Source: Lingula anatina (Eukaryota > Animalia > Brachiopoda). From it: 64,000 bases of DNA. The notes beneath the pieces are model-generated. The model saw only the letters and a program-made list of their open reading frames with translations, did not search any database and was not told the origin of the DNA. Within the stretch, counting starts at the first letter, position 1, and each line of letters begins with the position of its first letter. The position numbers and the translations under genes are program-made. The stretch covers positions 20,584,001-20,648,000 of the forward strand of contig CM120645.1 of the NCBI GenBank assembly GCA_051362555.1, read 5' to 3'. Shown one piece after another: positions 51,801-61,200 of this stretch.

Positions 51801-52646
51801 CAAAATAAAAACATGAAAATTAAACTTCATTTGCTTTATTTTACTGGCACATTTTAATAATAATTAAAAAAAAAAAACGAAGTTGCTCAGTATGTTTAAA
51901 CCATCCACCCCTTTTCAATTCTTTCATAATTGGACCAGTGCCCCAAGGCGCAGGACCACTACCTCCAGAGTCAACTGGTCCATGTGGACCAGTGCTGAAA
52001 AATTCCCATTTCCCTCCCTGATCATTAAAAGCTTGGCAGGATACTTTAAATAGAGAGAAAATACAACGATGCGGCTTTTTCAAACCCATATACTGTACTG
52101 GGTAGTATACTACCTTTGTAAAGAAAACACATGCCAAAACTAATCTCTTTCCTAAACAAACACTGATATAAACCAACCTACCTCGGTAACATGACCCGTG
52201 TCATTGACAAACAAACCAAACTCTGCATTGCTGACTTCGTGCACGTCCATATAAAACCCCGTCACCTCCACCTCCCGCGGTGGCCCCTCCCCGTCTCCGG
52301 GAAGAATAGGCTGGGCAACGCCCATTGTAAACACACCTCCTGGAATATACACCATTTGATTCGTCCGAGCGTACGGACTCTTCACTGCAGCAGGGCCCAA
52401 GTTTAACGGTCCCTTCTCAACCGAAGAAGAAAGTTCGTCTGCACGTTCCGATTGGTCTGCACCCTCCCCTTTGTCATCATGTTTTCGATTTGTCGCGGCA
52501 CAGCCACATCCTTTGTTTGAAATGTCGGGATCGTCGCCGCCAGTACATTGCTTTTCAGTTTTTGTTTCTGTCTCAGGCGAAATACTGGTTATATATAGGC
52601 AAATTATAAGAATTAAACAAGTCCACACGTTCAACTGGTTCTCCAT
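46273..52646 (-). CDS. SUMF1: Formylglycine-generating enzyme (sulfatase-modifying factor 1), 390 aa
   Basis: Exons 52646-52182, 51200-51126, 50810-50728, 49816-49694, 48394-48280, 47504-47388, 46713-46654, 46407-46273 (1173 nt). Signal peptide, GCGC motif, [60 protein letters not shown], catalytic [35 protein letters not shown]; ends KDEL*. The catalytic cysteines identify it as SUMF1 rather than SUMF2. Confidence 0.96.
46780..47035. mobile_element. GACCCCATTCCCA-family MITE in a SUMF1 intron
   Basis: Long TIR gaccccattcccatacttagattgatctagcaggatc / gatcaatcctgctagcttgatctaggtatgggaatggggtc with TWA flanks. Confidence 0.8.
47545..47900. repeat. Two-copy ~175-bp tandem duplication in a SUMF1 intron
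   Basis: cagtttataaaatgg(t/c)tgtttgtggaaaacctt at ~47577 and ~47751; gccaatgttgg follows in both copies. Confidence 0.7.
48591..49364. mobile_element. CACTA/EnSpm-like (CCCAG) non-autonomous element with an internal (TA)n
   Basis: Termini cccagtgggca ... tgcctgctggg, AT on both flanks (2-bp TSD), many acgttg/caacgt subterminal repeats. Confidence 0.75.
49791..50140 (-). repeat. Minisatellite built from the SUMF1 intron 3/exon 4 junction
   Basis: Unit atacatggataacagcatggtccatcctacaacaacaac...actgtatatttacagctt starts at 49791 (real junction), 49891, 50000 and 50076. Confidence 0.8.
50227..50327. mobile_element. 101-bp palindromic MITE (CCCT termini, AT TSD)
   Basis: ccctaacgaaaaagtcctatagga ... 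tcctataggactttttcgtaaggg with internal tcctatagga palindromes and AT on both sides. Confidence 0.75.
50540..50694. mobile_element. MITE with GACCCCATT termini and a different body
   Basis: tta|gaccccatttccatagaca ... tgtctatgggaatggggtc|taa. Confidence 0.75.
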
Positions 52647-52856
52647 GTTCACTTTGGTAACTCGTCGATAGATGGCGAAACATTATTTCAAGGTTTTTTT
52701 TCGTGCCTCCAAGCACTAAAGACGTCGTCTGCATGTTGGTTGCAGACAGAAAACTGCGGGTATATTACTATTTAATGTTGAATTTACCGTTCCACGTCTT
52801 CAATCAAGTAGATATTAGTCTGTATTTAATCTTTTCTTCTTTCTTAAACTGCTGTC
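52647..52856. promoter_or_regulatory. Bidirectional promoter/5' UTR region shared by SUMF1 and NUDT16
   Basis: Only 210 bp separate the divergent ATGs. The region is CpG-richer than its flanks and has a YY1-like agatggcg motif at ~52670 that is kept in the duplicate at ~58072. Confidence 0.7.
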
Positions 52857-53841
52857 ATGGCAAACAGAGAACCGGATGTTTCCGAATGGGGTGTGTTGAC
52901 GGCCACAGAAGGCTACGGAAGACCAGATTCACAAGAAGATTACGAGCAGATAAGCTATGAAGACGCCATGGGAAAGACGTGGGGTAAGAACGGAGAGAAA
53001 CCGTACAGACACGCTGCCCACGCCATGATCTACGCCCCAGATGGCAAGAAGTTGTGGGACATGTACGAAAATAAGGCTGTGATACTGGTAAGCGGCTTGG
53101 ATTTGATAAGGAAAATCAAGCCAAGGATGGCGGGGGTGGTGAATGGTGGGGGTGTTGGGGGAGGGGGAGTGTTCTCCAAGCCTTTGTGTAATTAAAGTGA
53201 TTGGTCAATGATAGTGAGACTACATTTTTATTGGGAAGTTCCCAATATTTTTCATTTATTGATTTATTTTTGGATATTGTTATAATTATTATCCAACAAA
53301 TATACTAGTAATTACTGGTTGTGTCTGTGCCAATACACTGGTCCTCAGCACTGAAACGACATCCATAATACATTGCTTTCACTAAAGCAGCCTACATAGT
53401 ACAAGAACTAGTATATAACTCCAATTATTCTAGTACAGGCATTTAATAGACATCTTGGTTTCGTCTGTCATTTACCTGTAGTAGCATAAGTGTTATGTAA
53501 AACAATATGAATTAAAGCATCTCTCACACACATCTTTCTCTCCAGATGATGATGAGATTTGATGGATACATCGGTTTTCCGGGTGGAATCATGGATGATG
53601 GTGAAACAGTGGAGTTTGGGTTAAACCGCGAACTCGAAGAAGAGATAGGGCTAGATCCAACCAGGCATAGCTTTACTAAAGAGGACCATGTTTTATCGTA
53701 CGTCACCCACAACAAGAGACTACTGCTGCATTTTTATTGCAAAAAAGTGACGCTTGAGGAATGTTTGGAGATCGAGAAAAGAACCATCGATGCAGACGAG
53801 TATGGGTGGGAGGTATGGTTGCCAAACTGCTATCCATTGTT

Positions 53842-53905
<64 letters not shown>

Positions 53906-54024
53906 CGCGCATGTGTGTGTGTGTTACAGAATGAGAAAGAGAGAGAGAGATGGAGAAAATGAGTGTGTGTGAATGTGGATGTGCATGACTGTATTAAAAA
54001 TATTTTTGTGGGTGGATTTTTGTC

Positions 54025-54084
<60 letters not shown>

Positions 54085-54623
54085 TGGGTATGGTTAAAGT
54101 CCTCGGATGTGGGCACCTGTGGATGTGTGGGTGTTTGTGGCTGCAGGTGTTTGAGAAGACGTGTTCACATGGTTGTATCCAGTGAAACATATGTCAAGCA
54201 TCTGATTAAGTTGAAGATAAATAAAAGATAAATTGATGAATCAAATGATTTTCTGAACTTCAGATTATTATTTTTGATGTTTGAACTATGATGATTGTGT
54301 AATTAATATAAATTTGCAAATTATTTTAATATTTTGTATATTAAAATGTTTATACTCGGTAATTATGTGCTATTCTCTAATGTTACCAAGCAAAGGCTGA
54401 CATACAGTATTTAATTTTTCAGGTGTTAGGTCCTATACGGGTGCCGATGTTCACATTAAATGATAATGAAAGAGGCCTTCCAATATTCCTTAGCAACAAA
54501 TTCATAGGGAATGCCAAGGAAGAACTACTTTACTGCATTGAAAAGGAGAACATCATGACGAAAGAAGAAATTCAGGTGGCGCTTGAAAACTGTGAGAAAT
54601 TTAAGGCAAGATATATGAGATGA
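52857..54623 (+). CDS. NUDT16: U8 snoRNA-decapping enzyme (Nudix hydrolase 16), 232 aa
   Basis: Exons 52857-53087, 53546-53812, 54423-54623. RHAAHAMIYAP, MMMRFDGYIGFPGG, canonical Nudix box GIMDDGETVEFGLNRELEEEIGL, LHFYCK, EVLGPIRVPMFTL...GLPIFLSNKFIGNAKEELL; all are NUDT16-family motifs. Confidence 0.92.
53842..54085. repeat. (GT)n, (GA)n and (TTTA)n microsatellites in NUDT16 intron 2
   Basis: Directly visible; a shorter (GT)n(GA)n occupies the same position in the paralog (~63814-63870). Confidence 0.9.
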
Positions 54624-55240
54624 GTTAAGCTCTATTCCTTAGCAAACATGCTTCGCATTTATTTTATTTAGAGGAGGTTATACTTAGGCAGCATAATGAG
54701 TAAAGAAGATAATTATTTCTACATATTGTATATAATATGAGAATGTCTGCATATTATATGCAGTAAGCAAGATATTTATTCACATTTACTAGTGTAAACT
54801 CTCACATGGAAGGCAGGGTTGTAAAGTGACAAATTTGCTATGTATCATTATATTTAAGATAGCCTAATACATAACAAGTGAGAGTATTGATACTGGTACA
54901 TTCCCTGTAGCATATACCGGGTACAATTAAAAGGCTTTAAAACTGCACCTTCAATTTTACCAGCTTCGCTAACCCTCCAGTCTGTAAAGCATAGTAACTA
55001 AGCAGTAAATATCTGTTCAAAAAACGTTTTTTCAGGTAATATTGAAATGTTATTCTGAGGTATTTCTTTAAGTTATGCTATTTGAAATGTGCACAAAGTC
55101 ATATCCATGGTCACCATGGCATTTTGTCTGGTTTAGTTCTGATGATTTGACATGTTCTCACTGAATATGCATCTTTTAAGATGGGATTTTTGCGTGTTGT
55201 GTCAAAACTGTATGTACATTTACTTGCCATAGCTGTCTTA

Positions 55241-55454
55241 GACTGCATTCCCACAGATTTAGATTGATCCATCTAGATCGACCTAACTCCCTTGGGGTTC
55301 ATGCTAAATTGCTCTCAGCTGAGTGCGCACAGAAGTTAATTACCCCCTTACAGCTTATAGTAGGCGGAACAGACATTAAAACCGCCTAAGCTGACAGTAA
55401 TCTAGTGAGACTCCCCACGGAGATAGATCGATCTAAATCTGTGGGAATGCAGTC
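55241..55454. mobile_element. PIF/Harbinger-like MITE
   Basis: TTA|gactgcattcccacagatttagat ... atctaaatctgtgggaatgcagtc|TTA: perfect TIR and TSD. Confidence 0.85.
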
Positions 55455-57398
55455 TTATTCTGCCAAATATATTTATATTGCTCAGCGGTTCACATATATA
55501 CTGAGTAAGGTGGTTCAGACACAGTCACATCAAGGTAGCATGTTGCCGTATGAATTCTTTATCACCTCTGGAGAGCTTTATTTAACAGATGTGCTTGTTT
55601 GTGTTGACACTGAGCTTGCACCTAAGCTTTTTTATCAGTATAATTTATTCATTTCATGTCATGTTTTACAGCAGAAGTAAGGTAATATAATAGTTAGGTG
55701 TTTTTTTTCTATTCAAAGGTACCACACATGCATTTTATGGAAACTTGGTTGGATACCTACAGTGTATTTCAATTTATTGCTTTGTTATGATCTTATTTTA
55801 TGATCTGTTTTATCTCATAACTAAATAGCTATTTGTCACAAGATTGTACACATGAAATAAGCATAATATATGGATGTTGGTGTTATGTGGCAATAGATCC
55901 ATACCTAAACTAGGTTTTCCTTTGTGACCTCAAGGTCATGTTGATGATATAGCACAGCAACTGCACTTTAAGTCAACACACTGCCTGTAGCCACTTTTGA
56001 TGTATTGAAAATGGCACAGAAAATGGTACACAATTTCATTGTGTGGGGTCCATGGCAAATGTAATGTATGCTTTACCTTCATTTGTGAGCCCAGGCTTCT
56101 TTTGTTAAAAATATTTTGAAAAAACTTATTTTTATTATGTTTGCAATTTTTTTTCTATTTTGGAAATTCAGTAACCCAAATCTTCCCCCCCCCCCCCCCC
56201 CCGGCCAAAAAAAAGAAAAAAAGAAAAATCCTGAATATAATGGGATTGCGACTTTGCTATTTTTCTATTTTGTTTGTGAATATTTTGACAAAAAAAGAAA
56301 AAGAAAAATGATCGTATTTGTGTCTCAATACAAGTTACTTTACTGAATCTCACAGCAGTGTGGCAAGTGGCCAGTAATATTGAAAATAAGAAAGAAAATG
56401 AATATCACAATTCAATTATTTTGTTCAACATCTTTGATTTGAGTAGCATAGATTTAAAGAGAGAATGTTAAGTAAGATACCAGGTACATATATAGCAAGA
56501 TAAGGATTTATGAACAAGTGTTAACAAAATTTCAAAAAGTATAAAAACTTTCACTCACAATGGTGTTGAGTATATTAGTTAGGTAATGTGTATATTTAAT
56601 TAAGCTAATACTAAAGACTGATATTTCCCAAAAGATTTGCATAAAATCAATGATAATTAAAGTTGTCATGTTGCAAGTTATGTGGTATCTGCAGTGCTCC
56701 ATATAATATTTCAGTGGGCAATGAAGAGTTTTTCTTGGTATGTTTATTAGTGCAATTCCATATTATAATGAGGTTTAGCTGTGATATTGTTATATCAAGG
56801 TGTTATTATCAACAATGAAGGGAATAAACAATGAAAAACAAAACAGTTTATGGTTATTTTATATTTCTGAAATATGCCCATATTGCACTTCTTCCGTGTA
56901 TTTGTATTGCTATTTGCTATCATAGAATAAAGCTAGTATGTACCCAAAATGATTATAATTTAAAATTACTTTCTGATGATAACCAAATGTTATCAAATGG
57001 GGATACTGAAATTAAGAATTTATGTAAGTTGAGATGTTCACAAATAACGAGAATGTAACTTGAACGGGGTCTCTTGCTATATGACTAATCTCTCAGACTC
57101 TAATCAGATCTCTATGTCAAATTATCAAGCATTTGAAGTAAAAAAACAACAAATGACTGGAGAGAAAAAATAGTTCGAATATGGATTCCACCTTTTTATT
57201 CAAAATCTGCAAATGAATAATGGAAACACAGGGCTACGGAGACTATGCATTGTGATAGAGAAGCAAGATAGATTGAAAGCAATGTGACTAGAAAGATGCG
57301 CTAGTAAAGCACACCAACACAATGGGCTTTTGGTGGTAAAAAAGGAGGAGAAGAGAAGGTGATATACAGAGACTATTAGATGGAGAGGTTGCCATTTC

Positions 57399-57640
57399 AG
57401 CTCGTCTGTGTAGTGGTTAACGTGCAAGCCCGTAAGGTAGGTATTCATGCGTTCATGGATCCGACCTACCTTTGACATAACCTTACCCCCCCCCCCCCCC
57501 CCCCCCCCCCCCCACTAAATCACCCGTATCATTTATTCCATTTATTTTGGTAAAGGTCGAGGTCATTTCTTTGATTTTTAACAAGTCGTGTTGGTTAAAG
57601 AGACGTGGCATTACACTGTCCCACCCATTCAAACCATGAA
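57399..57640 (+). mobile_element. Possible degenerate tRNA-derived SINE
   Basis: gtgtagtggttaacgtgc (A-box/D-arm-like) followed ~35 nt later by gttcatggatcc (weak B-box). It does not fold as a tRNA. Confidence 0.3.
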
Positions 57641-57890
57641 AGAAGCAGGAGAAAGGAAACGTTCTAAGCCCGACATACACACAATTTTGACACATCTTAA
57701 TGAGAATAATATGCCAGAAGCCACCTAAACGGAAAAAGGCCATTAGAACAGCGATTTAGGACAACTACAAAGTAAAAAATTGTTTTAATTTAATTTTCAA
57801 TTAATTTTAAGTTTCGAAGCGGCAAGGTAGAAAAGGAATATAACAGACCATTGTATATATTGCATTTTTCTAATGTTAAACTATTTTGAT

Positions 57891-58025
57891 TTATCTTAAA
57901 TCCTCATTACATACTATCCAAGAACAATTTTCCAGTGAAGATTTGTTTGTCTCAGGCGAAAAGCTGGGTATATATAGGCAAATTATTAGAATTAAACAAG
58001 TCCACACGTCCACCCGATTCTCCAT
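57891..58025 (-). pseudogene. Duplicated SUMF1 start and signal-peptide fragment forming a 44-codon ORF
   Basis: [26 protein letters not shown] aligns with SUMF1 [26 protein letters not shown], then continues into unrelated sequence NKSSLENCSWIVCNEDLR*. Confidence 0.8.
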
Positions 58026-58070
<45 letters not shown>

Positions 58071-58251
58071 TAGATGGCGTAATATTTTTTCCATTTTTTC
58101 GTGCCTCCAAACAAAGACACCGTCTGCATGTTGGTTGCAGACAGAAAACTGCGGGTAAATTACTATTCAATGTTGAATTTACTGTGCCACGTCGTCATTC
58201 AGGTAGATATTTGTCTGTATTTAATCCTTTCTTCCCTTCAAAACTGTTCTC

Positions 58252-61200
58252 ATGGCGCAAAGGGATCCCCATGATTCCGAATGGGGTGTGTTGGCGGCTA
58301 ATGAAGGCTACGGAAGACCAGATTCAGAAGAAGATTACGAGCAGATAAGCTATGAAGACACCATGGGGAAGACGTGGGGTAAGAACGAAGAGAAGCCTTA
58401 CAGACACGCTGCCCACGCCATGATCTACGCCCCAGATGGCAAGATATTATGGGACATGTACGAAAATAAGGCCGTTATATTGGTAAGAGGACTAGATTTG
58501 ATAAGGACTTTACTGATGCAAATGTACATAGACAAGTCACAGTGAATCGAGGAAAAATCAAGTCATGGATTGCGGGGATGGTGAATTGTGGGGGTGCTGG
58601 GGGACGGAGGGGGGACGGAGGGGGGAGGGGGGGTGTTGCCCAAGCCTTTGTGCAATTTAGAGAGATTGGGTTCTGACATGATAGTGATGCCACAGGTACA
58701 TTTTTATTGGGACTTTCCCAATTTTTTTATTATTATTTATTTTTAGATATTGTTATATTATCCAGCAAATATACTAGCAATTACTAGTTGTGTCTGTACC
58801 AGTACACCTGTCCACAGCACTAAACACCCAAACCCAATGTGGAACCACGAATAATATAGAATAATTCATCGTCTGTCCCCCCAAAAAAGGAACATACGAT
58901 ACTGTCACTAATGTAAAACGTCCAGATGTGGAACCGTTTTACTCATTACTGATTTTGTTCTTTAATTTATCTCCTATAAATATCACGTTGTAAAAGTGCA
59001 AAGCAGTTAATATTTTTGAGCGACATAAGTTTGCTTTTCAATGAATATTATAAAAAGGGGGGAAATACACCCTACTGACAGTAAAATAAGCATTTTATGA
59101 ACCATTTTTTATTCGTGGTCCATATATTATATTAGAAATGTCAAACTGTACATGGAATCAGTACATATATATTTCAGTCATCAACACGTAATGTACCTTT
59201 TCATATTTATGGAATGAATGTCCCAAACTTATAAAAATTTTGTACGCTTAATTCAAGCGTGGGGTCGAAATAGGACATTGCGTTTTCGTCTTACTTAATG
59301 GATAATGCCATTTAAAGATTCCACGATTCGTGTCAAATTTAGGTAAGGTCATGCAAAGAAAACTCAAGTCCACATAATGACCAGTTAAACGATTTATTCG
59401 TCGACGCCCGGTATCTACATGTTCTAAGTGAAGTCTCCAACTCCTAACTCTTCGAAACCACGACTGCTTCGTACGCCGTCGCTCTCAGTCTCCTTCTCTC
59501 TTCTTCTTCTTGCGTCTGCTATTCTCTCCCCTTCAGATCGCTTACATACTTATTTTTTATCTATCACATGGATCCTGTGCTGCATTAATGACTTATGATT
59601 GTATAGTTAATTTCTTTACATCGGCGTTATACAAAATTGCCGCCACATTACTCAAGAGCTATTGGACCACAACAGAATACATCATGCGACTCATAAAATA
59701 TCTTTTTGGTCTTTATGTCGGACACGACAAACAGAAAACCCTGCTTTCTATTACACCAAGTACTTGGGCAATATGAAAATTTCTGGCAATTTTTCTGAGA
59801 AATATACGTTACGTTACGTAATATTAGCATATTTATAAAAACATTCTTACGTCATCTATAATTTACGATGACTGATTCACTACAAAATATGTCGGAACAC
59901 AATATAATATAAAAATTGTATGGCACGGAACATATGATACCAGTGAAAAGCTATGGGTTCCTTGTCCCTAATTTAGTCAGGTTTGATAATCTACCCATGT
60001 TTTAAGGAAAAAAACCTGATGGAAATACGGAATTTTATATTTTTGGTGTCTAATTTGCATAATTTATACTAATTATGCTAATTTATGCATCGATAGAGCG
60101 TGTCTCTATTGAAAAAAATTCTTTTGACCCGAGGAACATTCATGCTAAGTTAGACATTTGTACTACAAATGCAGCGTTTGGCTAATATTTGCTCATTAAC
60201 AAGCCTACTATGCGTACAAAAGAAAAACTAGCTCCTTTTTGAGATATGGCATGGTTCTTTCTGACGTCTGCTCGAGTTAAAGGTAAAATGTGCTGTTATG
60301 TGTGAGATAATACACTGTCACCCGCGCGATATATGCCATAACACCTCGAGCGTCAGCGAGAGGGTGACAGTGTATTATTTGACATTCATACCGAGAAAAA
60401 ATACAGTCATTTCATCCTAAAACACCCCTAAAACCGAATAAAGTGACCCTATATCACGCTCTAGAGATGTTATACAGAATAAACTCGTCCACGTGCGCTG
60501 GTCACCTCCCGCCAAATTCTTACGTAATGTCTGACCAATTTGGTCAATTTTTGCTAAATACTTGTCGTGGACATTCAACTGTCTTGAGAAGTATTTAATC
60601 AACCGTCGACACTGACCATGCGCGTCTCAGCTGAGCCACACCTAGCTGGGACTGCTGCGGAAACAAGGTCCCAAGGCAAAACCTCTACTTTTTAGTGACA
60701 ATTCTGATAAAAAAGGAGCGTCGGACCGAAATATAGTCAAACTAATTTTTCACAAGTGCAAAGGAGAAAGAAATTTACTTTTTGGTGATATTTCTGACAA
60801 CGAGGCTGTTTCGGAATATGTTCAAAATCGACGGATGTTTATTACAAGTTCACGGGAGTAATAATTCTAGTTTTTTCTTATTATTTCTGACGACGAGGCG
60901 GTTACGGAATATAGTCAAAATCAAACGGAGCATTCAGAGCATTCATGTGCTACATGTAATTACAAGTTCAAAGGGGGGGGGATACATTTGATTTTTACCG
61001 ATATATCTGATAAAGAGGAAGAATGAACAGCTTAAAAACAAAAGGTAAATAACACAACCTTCGTTAAAAAGTTATAGATTTACAAATAATTTGTATGCAC
61101 GTGTGGCTTAAATGTAAACTAATTCCCGTTTTCAAACCATACCCACATATGATATGACTTAGTGTAATAAAATGATAAATAATAATTGTTAAACGTGAAA

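Noticed and set aside
46273-52646. Assignment as SUMF2 because of the ER-retention tail
   Set aside because: The catalytic SYMC..FCYRYRC cysteines and the N-terminal CGC motif are present; SUMF2 lacks them.
53703-54185. ORFs with HTHT, VCVC or YLFI repeats
   Set aside because: Translations of (GT)n and (TTTA)n microsatellites.
57399-57475. Possible tRNA gene
   Set aside because: Only an A-box-like segment is good; there is no acceptor stem or proper T-loop. Kept only as a weak SINE candidate.
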